Under the pieces are notes generated by a model. The model was given only the letters and a program-made list of their open reading frames with translations. It had not been told where the DNA came from and searched no databases. Source: Pseudoxanthomonas sp. (GTDB lineage Bacteria; Pseudomonadota; Gammaproteobacteria; Xanthomonadales; Xanthomonadaceae). Taken from it: a stretch of 52,030 bases of DNA. A program made the position numbers and the translations under genes. The stretch is from assembly GCA_036677285.1 (NCBI GenBank), contig JAKFDG010000067.1, positions 1 through 52,030 on the forward strand. The letters are read 5' to 3'. This document shows positions 26,036 to 35,466 of this stretch, in pieces (the first letter of the stretch is position 1; the number at the start of each line of letters is the position of its first letter).

Positions 26036-27642
26036 AGGCCCTCGACCGCGCCATCGCCAGCATCGCGCCGCGCTATGCGGTCAAGCGCGCCCAGGCGCGG
26101 CACGTGCTGGCTGCCTACGAGGCCGCCAAGCCGAGCAAGCGCCACAAGAAATCGAAGGACAACAGCACCGGCGAGCGCCAGGTGGTGCGCGATGCGGCGA
26201 CCACCCGGGCCATCGCCCGCGACCTCGAGCGCAACCACGACCTGGTGCGTGGCGCGCTGCTCACGCTCACCCGCAACATCATCGGCCCGACCGGCGTCAG
26301 CATCGAGCCGATGCCGCGCATCGGCGGCAAGCCGGACGATGCCAACTACGACGACATCGACGACACCTTCGCCCGCACCCTGCTGAACCTGTGGCGCGAG
26401 TGGACCCGAAATCCGGACGTGACCCGCACCCTGGACTGGGTGCAGGTCCAGGAGCTTGCCTGCCGCAGCTGGCTGCGCGATGGCGAGCAGTTCACGCAGC
26501 TGGTCGAAGGCAACGGCGCCTTCATCAGGCACGGCTCGCGCGTGCCGCTGTCGCTGGAGCTGCTCGAGGCCGACGTGGTGCCCCTCAACCACACCGGCGA
26601 AAACCCGACGATCGATGCCGGCATCGAGCGCAACGCCTGGGGCCAGCCGACCGCCTTCTACGTCTACAAGACGCATCCCGGCAACGGCGGCTTCTTCTCC
26701 ACCGGCGACCTCAAGCGGGTGCCGGCCGAACGCATGCTGCACCTGGCCAACCGCGAGCGCCTGTCCGGCCTGCGCGGCATCAGCATCCTGGCCAGCGCGA
26801 TCACGCGCCTGCTCGACCTCAAGGACTACGAGGAATCCGAGCGCATCGCCGCCCGCATTGCTGCGGCGATCGCTGCCTACGTCAAGCGCGACGTCAACAT
26901 GGATTGGACGCCACCGCCGCCCGTGGCCGGCGAAGAGGACAAGCCGCGCGATTTCTTCCTCGAGGCGGGTGCCGTGTTCCAGGACACGCTGCCAGGCGAA
27001 GAGATCGAAATGCTCAACCCGAACCGGCCCAACACCGCGCTGGATCGGTTCCGCATGTCGCAGCTGCGCGCCGCGGCGCGTGCCTGCACGCTGACCTATT
27101 CCGCGTTCGCCGGCGACTACGACGGCACCTATTCCGCCCAGCGCCAGGAGCTGGTCGAAGGCTACGACGGCTACCGGATGCTCACCGGCATTTTCGTGAG
27201 CCGCTTCGTGCGTCCGATCTGGGAGCGCTTCATCGACATGGCCATCGCCAGCGGCGCGCTGGTGGTGCCGGCGAACATTCGCCCGGAGACGATCAAGCAG
27301 GCGGAGTTCCGCGGCCCGAAGATGCCGTGGATCGATCCCAAGAAGGAAGCCGACGCGCTGGTCACCATGACCCGCGCCGGCATGCAGTCCCTGCAGCAGG
27401 TCATCGCCGACCGTGGCGGCCGTTTCCAGGACACCTTCGAGCAGCTCGCCCGCGAGCGTCGCCTCGCCGACGAGCTCGACCTGGTGCTGGATTCCGATGC
27501 GCGCACCGATCGGCCCGAACCCGCGCCCGACACCAGCAACCCCGACACCGGCGACGGCCGGAATCCCGACAACGCCGACAGCCAGAACGCCCGCGCCCGT
27601 GCGCCGCGCCTGCGCACGGTCGGCAATGGAGACCACGCATGA
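26032..27642 (+). CDS. Portal protein, lambda family
   Basis: ARDLERNHD, WLRDGE, GIERNAWGQP, YSAQRQELVE, MPWIDPKKE. Confidence 0.93.
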   Translation: MKALDRAIASIAPRYAVKRAQARHVLAAYEAAKPSKRHKKSKDNSTGERQVVRDAATTRAIARDLERNHDLVRGALLTLTRNIIGPTGVSIEPMPRIGGKPDDANYDDIDDTFARTLLNLWREWTRNPDVTRTLDWVQVQELACRSWLRDGEQFTQLVEGNGAFIRHGSRVPLSLELLEADVVPLNHTGENPTIDAGIERNAWGQPTAFYVYKTHPGNGGFFSTGDLKRVPAERMLHLANRERLSGLRGISILASAITRLLDLKDYEESERIAARIAAAIAAYVKRDVNMDWTPPPPVAGEEDKPRDFFLEAGAVFQDTLPGEEIEMLNPNRPNTALDRFRMSQLRAAARACTLTYSAFAGDYDGTYSAQRQELVEGYDGYRMLTGIFVSRFVRPIWERFIDMAIASGALVVPANIRPETIKQAEFRGPKMPWIDPKKEADALVTMTRAGMQSLQQVIADRGGRFQDTFEQLARERRLADELDLVLDSDARTDRPEPAPDTSNPDTGDGRNPDNADSQNARARAPRLRTVGNGDHA

Positions 27643-29873
27643 AGCAGCGACTGCTCACCGCCGCAATCCTCGGCTGTCTGGCCATGGTTCCCCAGGCTGG
27701 CCCGCGCGATCGCGACCGCCCGCACATCCAGCCGCAGATGCGACTGCAGCCCGTCGACGATGCGGCCAGCGAGTACGAGCTGCTGATCTACGGCGACATC
27801 GGCGACAGCTGGTGGGGCGAATCGGTCACCGCGCAGTCGGTCGCGCAGCAGCTCAACGAGCTCGACGACACCGTCGCCACGATCAACGTCCGCATCAACA
27901 GCTATGGCGGCAGCGTCGCCGACGGCCTGGCCATCTACAACGCGCTCAAGCGGCACAAGGCCACCAAGGCGGTCACCGTCGACGGCGTGGCGATGTCCAG
28001 CGCGTCGCTGATCGCGATGGCCGGCGACACGGTCTCGATGCCGCCGACCTCGATCCTCATGATCCACGCGCCCTGGGGCGGGGTGATGGGCAACGCGAAG
28101 GAGCTGCGCCAGTACGCCGACGTCCTGGACACCTTCAGCGATTCGATGGCCGACGCCTACGTGAAGAAGTCCGGCAAGTCCCGCACCGACATCCTGGCGC
28201 TGCTCAAGGACGGCGAAGACCACTACTACACCGGCGAGGAGGCGGTTGCCGAGGGCTTTGCCGACGCCGTGGCCGAAGCCGACAACAAGGCCGCCGAACC
28301 CGACGAGAACGCCCGCGCCTTCGCCCGCCAGCTGCTCGAGCGCATCAGCGCCCGAGGCGCTTCCCCGCGCTACGCAGGCATGGCCGTCGCCGCCGCGCTG
28401 CGCGCACCCAATGCCCCCCCGCCGACGAAGCCGGCCCCCGCCGCGGAGCGCCGCGGCGGGGCACCGGCCGTGCCCCCGGCCAACACCCCGAATCCGCCAG
28501 CTGCGGCTGCGCAACCCTCGCCGGCGGATGCCGGTAACAACCCCGGAGATCCGACCATGCTCACCCCCGAACAGAAGGCGGCCCTGGCGGCTCGCCGCGA
28601 TGCCATCCGCGCCCAGTTCGCGGCGTTCCAGACGCGTACCGACCTCGACCAGACCAAGCTGGCCGCCCTGCTGCGCAAGTGCGAGGACGACGTCGACGTG
28701 ACGCCGGAAGCCGCCGGCCAGCAGCTGCTGGCGTTCCTCGGCTCCGATACCACGCCCAGCGCCAACATCCGCGCCGAGGCCGGCAACCAGGACGAAACCG
28801 AAACCTACCGCGAAGGCGCCGTGCAGTCGGTGCTGCATCGCGTGAACCCCGCCGCGCACAAGCTCGACGACAAGTCCAAGGGCTTCCGCGGCTTCGACCT
28901 CGGCGACATGGCCCGCGATTCGCTCGAGCGTGCGGGCAAGAAGACCCGCGGCATGTCCCGCGCCGAGATCGCGATCTCGGCGCTGCAGACCACCAGCGAC
29001 TTCCCCGCCATCCTCGAGAACATCGTCACGAAGACGCTGCGCGCCGGCTACCAGTCCGCCGGCCGCACCTTCGTGCCGTTCAGCCGCCAGGCGACGCTGC
29101 CGGACTTCAAGCAGATCAGCCGCGCCCAGCTGGGCGGCGCGCCGAACCTCAAGCGCGTGCTGGAAGGCGCCGAGTACGAGCACGGCACCATCGGCGACGG
29201 CGCCGAGAAGTACGCCGTGCAGAAGTACGGCCGCATCGTCGCGATCAGCTGGGAAACGGTGATCAACGACGACCTGGACGCGCTGACCCGCATCCCGCAG
29301 TCCTTCGGCGCCAGCGCCGCGGAGCTGGAAAGCGACATCGTGTACGCGATCTTCACCGGCAACCCGGTCATGGCCGATGGCGTGGCGCTGTTCCATGCCA
29401 CCCACGGCAACCTGGGCACCGCCGCCAAGCTGTCGGACGCGCTCGATCCGACCAAGACCAATCCGCTGGCCGAGATGCGCAAGCTGATGACCCTGCAAAA
29501 AGGGCTCGAGGGGCAGTACATCACGGTGCGCCCGCGCTACCTGGTCGTGCCGCCTTCCCTCGAGGAACCCGCGCTCAAGATCACCAGCGCCAACTTCGTC
29601 GCCAGCAAGGGCGTCGACCAGAACGTGTTCGGTCCGTCGCTGGTCCCGATCAGCGAGCCGCGCCTGGAAGACGCCAGCAGCACGGCATGGTTCGCCGCGG
29701 CCGAGCCCAACACGATCGACACGATCGAGTACGCCTACCTGGAAGGCCACGAGGGTGTCTTCACCGAAACCAAGAACGGTTTCGAGGTCGACGGCGTGCA
29801 GATCAAGTGCCGCCACGTGTTCGGCGCCAAGGCCATCGACTACCGCGGCCTGTACAAGAACGCCGGCCTGTAA
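27639..29873 (+). CDS. ClpP-like prohead protease / major capsid protein fusion
   Basis: INSYGGSV, MSSASLI, MIHAPW; Pro/Ala linker; TTSDFP...LPDFK...YAYLEG...IDYRGLYKN capsid region. Confidence 0.92.
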   Translation: MKQRLLTAAILGCLAMVPQAGPRDRDRPHIQPQMRLQPVDDAASEYELLIYGDIGDSWWGESVTAQSVAQQLNELDDTVATINVRINSYGGSVADGLAIYNALKRHKATKAVTVDGVAMSSASLIAMAGDTVSMPPTSILMIHAPWGGVMGNAKELRQYADVLDTFSDSMADAYVKKSGKSRTDILALLKDGEDHYYTGEEAVAEGFADAVAEADNKAAEPDENARAFARQLLERISARGASPRYAGMAVAAALRAPNAPPPTKPAPAAERRGGAPAVPPANTPNPPAAAAQPSPADAGNNPGDPTMLTPEQKAALAARRDAIRAQFAAFQTRTDLDQTKLAALLRKCEDDVDVTPEAAGQQLLAFLGSDTTPSANIRAEAGNQDETETYREGAVQSVLHRVNPAAHKLDDKSKGFRGFDLGDMARDSLERAGKKTRGMSRAEIAISALQTTSDFPAILENIVTKTLRAGYQSAGRTFVPFSRQATLPDFKQISRAQLGGAPNLKRVLEGAEYEHGTIGDGAEKYAVQKYGRIVAISWETVINDDLDALTRIPQSFGASAAELESDIVYAIFTGNPVMADGVALFHATHGNLGTAAKLSDALDPTKTNPLAEMRKLMTLQKGLEGQYITVRPRYLVVPPSLEEPALKITSANFVASKGVDQNVFGPSLVPISEPRLEDASSTAWFAAAEPNTIDTIEYAYLEGHEGVFTETKNGFEVDGVQIKCRHVFGAKAIDYRGLYKNAGL

Positions 29874-29954
29874 CGCCTGACCGGCGCGGCTTAGGCCGCG
29901 CCGGCAGCTGCAGCGGCAACCGTTCGAAAACTCCCCAGTTACCGGAGCAACAAG

Positions 29955-30314
29955 ATGGACAACTACGTCGACGACGGCACCACCGTCAACTACACCAACG
30001 CGGGCAGCGCGATCGCCTCGGGCGATGTCGTGGTGCTCAAGCACAGCCTCGGCGTCGCCCTGGTGGACATCGCCACGGGCGACACCGGCGCCGTCCAGGT
30101 CAAGGGCAAGGTCTCCGTGCCCAAGGTCAGCGCGGCCGTGTTCGTGGCCGGCGAGAAGCTGGTCTACGACGTCAGCGCGGGCGCGTTCGACGATTCGGCC
30201 GCAGTGGCGGCGGCCGGCGACCTGACCGGCGCGGCCGTGGCCGCAGCCGATGGCGCAGCCACCGAGACCACCTGCACGGTGATCCTGACCCCCGGCAACG
30301 CCACGCTCACCTGA
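29955..30314 (+). CDS. DUF2190-like capsid decoration/cement protein
   Basis: MDNYVDDG...IASGDVV...GVALVDIATG; directly after the capsid gene. Confidence 0.8.
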   Translation: MDNYVDDGTTVNYTNAGSAIASGDVVVLKHSLGVALVDIATGDTGAVQVKGKVSVPKVSAAVFVAGEKLVYDVSAGAFDDSAAVAAAGDLTGAAVAAADGAATETTCTVILTPGNATLT

Positions 30315-30360
30315 GCCTGACGTGCAGCTCGCCGCCACCAGCTCCCTGTGGAGCGCCGCC

Positions 30361-30397
30361 CACCGCACGACCCGCCGAAGCCTCGGGTCGTGCGGTG
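30361..30397. other. 14-bp perfect hairpin between the head and lysis genes
   Basis: CACCGCACGACCCG-N9-CGGGTCGTGCGGTG, no U-tract. Confidence 0.6.
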
Positions 30398-30425
30398 CGG
30401 TGCGCGTTTGCCTGGGGGTGCGGTG

Positions 30426-30851
30426 ATGGCATCTCGCGGCTACCGCAACAACAACCCGGGCAACATCGACCGGACCGGTGTGCCGTGGCAGGGCGAGGAC
30501 CGCAGCGCCGCGGCTCGGCAACGGGAGAAGCGCTTCTGCGTGTTCGCCGCGCCGGAGTTCGGTTTCCGCGCGATGGCGCGGACGCTGCTCACGTATCAAC
30601 GCAAGCACGGGCTGCGCACCGTGCGCCAGATCATCCACCGCTGGGCGCCCCCGGTAGAGAACGACACCGGCGCGTATGCCCACGCGGTGGCGCGCGCGAT
30701 TGGCGTCGGTCTGGACCAGGACATCGTTCTGGCCCAGCGACGCGTGATGTTGCCACTGGTGCGCGCCATCGCCAGGCACGAGAACGGCGGCGATCTCTGG
30801 CCAGACGAGGTCATCGTCCGCGGCCTCAACCTTGCGGGGATCCTCGAATGA
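30426..30851 (+). CDS. Endolysin, lysozyme-like (RNNNPGNI family)
   Basis: RGYRNNNPGNI...WAPPVENDTGAY...IARHENG; first gene of the lysis cassette. Confidence 0.8.
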   Translation: MASRGYRNNNPGNIDRTGVPWQGEDRSAAARQREKRFCVFAAPEFGFRAMARTLLTYQRKHGLRTVRQIIHRWAPPVENDTGAYAHAVARAIGVGLDQDIVLAQRRVMLPLVRAIARHENGGDLWPDEVIVRGLNLAGILE

Positions 30852-31174
30852 TCGACAGCGTGACGAATCCCGATGGTCGCAAGCGCTACATGATCGGGGC
30901 GGTCGAGATGTGGATCTGCGTCGTGGTGGCGACGAGCCTGCTCGCGATCGTCGCCTGGGGCGCGGTCTGGGTCATCACCAGCATCAACGACCTGGGCAAG
31001 ACCGTGGCTTCGATGGACGCCCGCACGCAGGTCATCCAGGCGCAGGGCAACACCCTGACCCTGCAGCTGGCCGACGTGCCGCGGCTCACCACCAGGGTCG
31101 CCGAGCTGTCGGTGCAGGTCGACCGCAATTCCGACGACATCAAGGAACTGCGAAGCGTGCGAGGGCTGCGATGA
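30848..31174 (+). CDS. Single-TM coiled-coil protein (holin or antiholin-like)
   Basis: One TM helix plus coiled coil; within the lysis cassette. Confidence 0.55.
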   Translation: MIDSVTNPDGRKRYMIGAVEMWICVVVATSLLAIVAWGAVWVITSINDLGKTVASMDARTQVIQAQGNTLTLQLADVPRLTTRVAELSVQVDRNSDDIKELRSVRGLR

Positions 31175-31629
31175 ACAACTGGCTCAAGTCCACCATCGGC
31201 GTCTCGCTGGCCGGGTTCATCATCATCCTGGCGGCCAACGGCGCGGCGTTCTTCGAAGCGCTGCAGGCGGGCTGGCTGTTCCTGCTCAAGCTGGGCGCGT
31301 CGGCGCCGCTGGGGCTGTCGAGCTTCCTGCTCGCCCTGGCGATGGCGGTGGCGGCGCAGCCGTTCCTGCGCAAGTGGCTGCCGCAGCATGTGCGCTGCAT
31401 CGAGTCGCGCGAGTTCCTGATCGAGTCGATCGCGCTGGCGATCGGCATCGGCGTGATGTACGGCCAGCTGCGCACGTTGAACGGCCTGCTGCTGGGCATC
31501 CTCGCCGGTCTGCTTGCGCCCTACCTGCAGAAGGGCATCGCGATGCTGGTGGCGCTGTCGCTGCGCGCCACGGTCGGCGATCCGCACCTGCCGCCACCCG
31601 CCGACCAGGAGCCGCCCGGCCATGTTTGA
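31171..31629 (+). CDS. Multi-TM membrane protein (probable holin)
   Basis: 3-4 hydrophobic helices; between endolysin and spanins. Confidence 0.6.
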   Translation: MNNWLKSTIGVSLAGFIIILAANGAAFFEALQAGWLFLLKLGASAPLGLSSFLLALAMAVAAQPFLRKWLPQHVRCIESREFLIESIALAIGIGVMYGQLRTLNGLLLGILAGLLAPYLQKGIAMLVALSLRATVGDPHLPPPADQEPPGHV

Positions 31630-32023
31630 CGCCCTCGCGCCCTACGCCAGCCTGCTCAAGGTCGCGCTCGTCGTGATGCTGGTCGCCGCGTCCTTCATCG
31701 GCGGCTGCGCGCACGGCACGGCAACCCAGCGCGAGGCCGACCGCGCCAAGCTCGACAAGGCCGCCGGCGACCTGCGACAGGCAAGCGCCGCGCTCAAGGC
31801 GTCGGCCGATGCGCTGTACGAAGTCGACGCGCTCACCCGCGCCGCCCAGGACGCCGCCGAAGTACAGGCGCGCATGTCCGCGGCCGCGATCGTCGCCGCG
31901 CGCAAGGACCGCGACGCCTACCGCGACCGACTGGCCGCGATCGAGGGCGACATCGAACACGCCAAGCGCGACCCCAAGTGCGCCCAACAGCTGGAGGCGA
32001 CCTCGTGCGCAATCTTCCGCTGA
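31622..32023 (+). CDS. i-spanin (Rz-like)
   Basis: N-terminal TM anchor, Ala-rich coiled coil, C-terminal Cys residues. Confidence 0.75.
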   Translation: MFDALAPYASLLKVALVVMLVAASFIGGCAHGTATQREADRAKLDKAAGDLRQASAALKASADALYEVDALTRAAQDAAEVQARMSAAAIVAARKDRDAYRDRLAAIEGDIEHAKRDPKCAQQLEATSCAIFR

Positions 32024-32271
32024 TCGGCCTGGTCCTGCTGCTGGCCGCCTGCCAGACCTGCCCGGTGGTGCCGCCCAAGGTGGTGCACGTCACCGTCGAG
32101 AAGATCGTGCCGGTACCGGCCGAGCTGGCCGCACCGTGCGACGCCGTCGCCAAGCGCGACAACTCCATGGGTGAGGCGGTCCGCCTGGCCAATGCCCGCG
32201 CCGCCGCGCTCGAGGAGTGCAGCGGCCGCATGGACCGGATCCGCAACCTGGCGCCGGCGGTGCAGCCGTGA
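32005..32271 (+). CDS. o-spanin lipoprotein (Rz1-like)
   Basis: GGAGG and GTG start; lipobox LLLAAC; Pro-rich; overlaps the Rz-like gene. Confidence 0.78.
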   Translation: MRNLPLIGLVLLLAACQTCPVVPPKVVHVTVEKIVPVPAELAAPCDAVAKRDNSMGEAVRLANARAAALEECSGRMDRIRNLAPAVQP

Positions 32272-32522
32272 AGAAGCGCACCCGCATCGAGGTGGCGCCG
32301 CAGAAGGGCAACGCCGCGCGCCCGTGGAAGGTCACCATGGATTCCGCGCTGATGGAGGAGTTCCCGACGCAGGCCGCCGCGACCGCGGCCGCCACCGGCG
32401 TCTGCAACGGGCTGGCCAAGAAAGGCCAGCTGGTCACGCTCAAGATCAAGCTGGCCAACGGCAGGATCCGCGAGGAGCGCACCTATCCGCGCAGCTCCGA
32501 TCCGGCGAGGACGCCGGGCTGA
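32268..32522 (+). CDS. DUF2188-like protein
   Basis: WKV...FPTQAAA...IKLANGRIREERTY..DP...PG. Confidence 0.7.
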   Translation: MKKRTRIEVAPQKGNAARPWKVTMDSALMEEFPTQAAATAAATGVCNGLAKKGQLVTLKIKLANGRIREERTYPRSSDPARTPG

Positions 32523-33298
32523 TGCGCATCCTGGCCAAGGTCGACGAGCAGAACCTGTTCGGGCGCACGCTCACCGAGCTGGAGCGCACGCAGCTGCCGT
32601 TCGCGGCGATGCAGGCGGCCAACCAGACCGCGTTCGCCGTGCGCGGGAAATGGGCGCAGGTGATGCCGCAGGTGTTCGACCGGCCGACGCCGGCCACCCT
32701 CAAGGCGGTGCTGTACAAGAAGGCGACCCGGCAAACGCTGGCCGCCGAGATCTTCATCCGCGACGAGTCGCCCAACGGCACGCCGCCTGCCAAGTACCTG
32801 CAGGCGCAGGTGATGGGCGGCACGCGCAAGCACAAGCGCCTGGAGCAGCGGCTGACCTATGCCGGCATCCTGCCGTCGGGCATGTTCGCGGTCCCCGGCA
32901 AGGGCGCGCAGCTGGATCCCTACGGCAACCTGCCCGGCAGCCAGATCAACCGCGTACTGTCGCAGCTCGGCGCCCGCTTCGATCCGATCCAGAACGAATC
33001 GGAGACCACCCGCGGGCGTCGCCAGCGCCGCGAGGCGAAGAAGGGCGAGCGCCGCGGCGACTACTTCGCGCTGAAGGCCAGGCGCGGCCGGATGCTCCCG
33101 GGCGTTTACCAGCGCGTCGCCACCGGGTTCGGCAGCACGGTGCGCAGCATCGTGGTGTTCGTCAACCGGGTGAGCTACCGGCCGCGCTACGACGTGTTCG
33201 GCCTGGCGGAACGGCTCTACAAGCAGCAGTTCCCGTTCCACTTCAACCGCGAGCTGGCCAAGGCCGTGCTGAGCGCGAAGCTGAAGGGGCGCGGATGA
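32522..33298 (+). CDS. Neck / tail completion protein
   Basis: Basic protein QLPFAAMQAANQTA...FDRPTPAT; position before the tail genes. Confidence 0.65.
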   Translation: MRILAKVDEQNLFGRTLTELERTQLPFAAMQAANQTAFAVRGKWAQVMPQVFDRPTPATLKAVLYKKATRQTLAAEIFIRDESPNGTPPAKYLQAQVMGGTRKHKRLEQRLTYAGILPSGMFAVPGKGAQLDPYGNLPGSQINRVLSQLGARFDPIQNESETTRGRRQRREAKKGERRGDYFALKARRGRMLPGVYQRVATGFGSTVRSIVVFVNRVSYRPRYDVFGLAERLYKQQFPFHFNRELAKAVLSAKLKGRG

Positions 33299-33618
33299 GC
33301 CAGCTCGAGACCCTGCGCGCCATGGACGCCGACATCGTCGGCGCGCTGCGCGATGCCGGCATGGCCGACATCGCCACGTACACGCCGCCCGGTGGCGGTG
33401 CGGCGGTGGCCGGCGTGGACGCGCTGGTCGATCGCGCCGTGGCCTTCTACGGCACTGATGGCGCCACGGTCGCCGGCTACCGCAACGTGGTGACGCTGTT
33501 CAAGGACCAGGTCGCCGATCCGCAGCGTGGCGGCACCGTCACCATCGACAGCGAGGTCTTCACCCTCGACGACCTGGACGCGCACGACGAGTCGATGTCG
33601 CGCTGGGTGGTGCTCTGA
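33295..33618 (+). CDS. Head-tail joining protein
   Basis: ~107 aa, beta-rich; position in the operon. Confidence 0.65.
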   Translation: MSQLETLRAMDADIVGALRDAGMADIATYTPPGGGAAVAGVDALVDRAVAFYGTDGATVAGYRNVVTLFKDQVADPQRGGTVTIDSEVFTLDDLDAHDESMSRWVVL

Positions 33619-34058
33619 TGGCCGCCCCTTCCACATGGGTCGCTCTGGAGGCATTCGAGACCTGCCTGCAGACGATCAGTGTCGCCAACGGCTACCACAC
33701 CGACGCCGGCGCCACGGTCACCCGCGAGCCGCACCAGATCCCGGCCACCGCCGGGGTCGCGGTCGCGGTGGTGCTCGAAGGCAAGGGCCCTGCGACGGAT
33801 CCCGCGGTGCGGCGCACGCACCGACTGGCGACCGTGATCATCGCCGCCAAGGTCGACAGCGACGACAACAACGACGCACAGGAGCGCCTGCACGAGCTGA
33901 TGGATGACATCGAGCAGGCCTTCGAACGCAAGCAGACCCAGTTCCCGTCGTCCTACCAGTACCCGGCTTTCGTCGATGCGAAGCCGATTCCCCCAGCAGA
34001 AGGCATGACGTGGATCGGCGCCCAGGTGCGCTATTCGCTGCATATCCCGAAGCGCTGA
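33618..34058 (+). CDS. Tail terminator-like protein
   Basis: LQTISVANGYHTDAG motif; precedes the major tail gene. Confidence 0.65.
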   Translation: MAAPSTWVALEAFETCLQTISVANGYHTDAGATVTREPHQIPATAGVAVAVVLEGKGPATDPAVRRTHRLATVIIAAKVDSDDNNDAQERLHELMDDIEQAFERKQTQFPSSYQYPAFVDAKPIPPAEGMTWIGAQVRYSLHIPKR

Positions 34059-34091
34059 CCCGCCCACCATCCCGAACCCGGAGACCCGGAA

Positions 34092-34847
34092 ATGATCAAC
34101 TCCACCGATCGCAGCTACCTCGGCAGCGGTTCCATCCTGTTCCGCGAGTACGGCGCCGCCGCCCCGTTCCTGTCGCTGGGCAATTGCTCGGCGCTCACCC
34201 TGTCGCCGCAGGAAGACGTGAAGTCGCAGCTCGACTACACCCAGCCCGGCGGCAACAAGCGCAGCGAAGTGCGCCGCCTTACCGGCGTCGACATGAGCCT
34301 GACCTTCCACGACTACAGCGCCGCCAACTTCGCGTTCGGCCTGCGCTCCAGCGCCACCGACATCGCTGCCGGCACGGCGACCGCCGAGTCCGTGGTCGCC
34401 TACGCGGGCGGCTACACGCCGCTGGCCAAGATCGCCACCGCGATCACCAGCGTCGAACCGGTCGGCGGCGGCACGCCCTACACCGAAGGCACCGACTACG
34501 AGCTCGTCGACGGCCAGCTCTACATTCCGACCGGCTCGACCATCCCGGCGCCGATCGCCGGCGCGGCCAACTGCGAGGTCGACTACAGCTACGTCGCCCA
34601 GGAGAAGGTCGAAGCGCTGGTCTCGTCGAACAAGCAGTACGAGATGATGTTCGTCGGCCTCAACGAAGCCCAGTCCGGCAAGCGCGTGCGTGTGCGCCTG
34701 CACAAGGTCTCCGGCGGCGTGCTGCAGGAGATGGCGCTGATCGGCGAGGACTTCGGCGCCGGCCAGGTGAGCGGCTCGCTGCTGTCCGACAGCTCGATCA
34801 CCGCAGCCGACGAGAGCAAGTACTTCGTCGTCGACGCCGAGGTCTGA
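34092..34847 (+). CDS. Major tail tube protein
   Basis: SYLGSG...LGNCSAL...GLNEAQSGKRV; strong RBS; no sheath gene present. Confidence 0.8.
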   Translation: MINSTDRSYLGSGSILFREYGAAAPFLSLGNCSALTLSPQEDVKSQLDYTQPGGNKRSEVRRLTGVDMSLTFHDYSAANFAFGLRSSATDIAAGTATAESVVAYAGGYTPLAKIATAITSVEPVGGGTPYTEGTDYELVDGQLYIPTGSTIPAPIAGAANCEVDYSYVAQEKVEALVSSNKQYEMMFVGLNEAQSGKRVRVRLHKVSGGVLQEMALIGEDFGAGQVSGSLLSDSSITAADESKYFVVDAEV

Positions 34848-34855
34848 TCCCGGCC

Positions 34856-35284
34856 ATGACCGACGACCTGAACGTGCTGGAGCCTGCGGGCTCCAGCGTG
34901 AAGTACCGCGGCGAAGCGCTGGAGATCGTGCCGCTCAAGATCGGCCAGCTGCCCAAGCTGGTCCGCACAGCGCGGCCGGTGATCGACGCCGTGCTGGCGC
35001 TCGAGAGCCTGCCAGACGAGAACGGCGGCGAGCTGGTGACGCTGGTGATGGACCTGATCGAACAGCACGACGACAAGGTCTTCGCCGCGGCCGCGATCTG
35101 CACGGGCAAGGACGCCGTCTGGCTGCAGGAAGGCGACATCGACGAATTCATCGTGCTGGCGAAAACGGTGTTCGAGGTGAACCGCGATTTTTTCGTCCAA
35201 AAGCTCGCGCCGCTCCTGGGCGGCCGGGCGGCGGCACTGGCCGCGGCGACGACTGGGGGTGGAGCGACGTCATCCAGCTCCTGA
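34856..35284 (+). CDS. Tail assembly chaperone (gpG-like)
   Basis: Between tail tube and tape measure; ends VNRDFFVQ with slippery site T-TTT-TTC. Confidence 0.8.
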   Translation: MTDDLNVLEPAGSSVKYRGEALEIVPLKIGQLPKLVRTARPVIDAVLALESLPDENGGELVTLVMDLIEQHDDKVFAAAAICTGKDAVWLQEGDIDEFIVLAKTVFEVNRDFFVQKLAPLLGGRAAALAAATTGGGATSSSS

Positions 35285-35466
35285 TCGAACGCGGGCACAC
35301 GCTCGCCGACGTCAAGGGCTACACGCTGGCACAGCTACGCAGTTTCACCGAGGCAGCCGAGCGCGCCCGCAGGCGCGCGATGCTGGATGAAGTCACCAAC
35401 CTGCGGGCGGCGCAGTTCGACAAGAGCAACTACGGGAAGTACGTCAACACCCTGAGCCATGGCTGA
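35188..35466 (+). CDS. -1 frameshift extension (gpGT-like)
   Basis: The -1 frame from TTTTTTC (35188-35194) is open to TGA at 35466 and reads WSDVIQLLIERGHTLADVKGYTLAQLRSF. Confidence 0.75.
   Translation, partial: FFRPKARAAPGRPGGGTGRGDDWGWSDVIQLLIERGHTLADVKGYTLAQLRSFTEAAERARRRAMLDEVTNLRAAQFDKSNYGKYVNTLSHG

Noticed and set aside
29881-29904. Terminator after the capsid gene
   Set aside because: A perfect 10-bp GC stem but no U-tract; more likely an mRNA stability hairpin.
27171-30779. Very long antisense ORFs (this one, 35444-38794, 19704-22697, 22630-25233, 441-1970 and similar)
   Set aside because: Shadow ORFs opposite well-supported genes; expected in ~70% GC DNA and lacking recognisable motifs.
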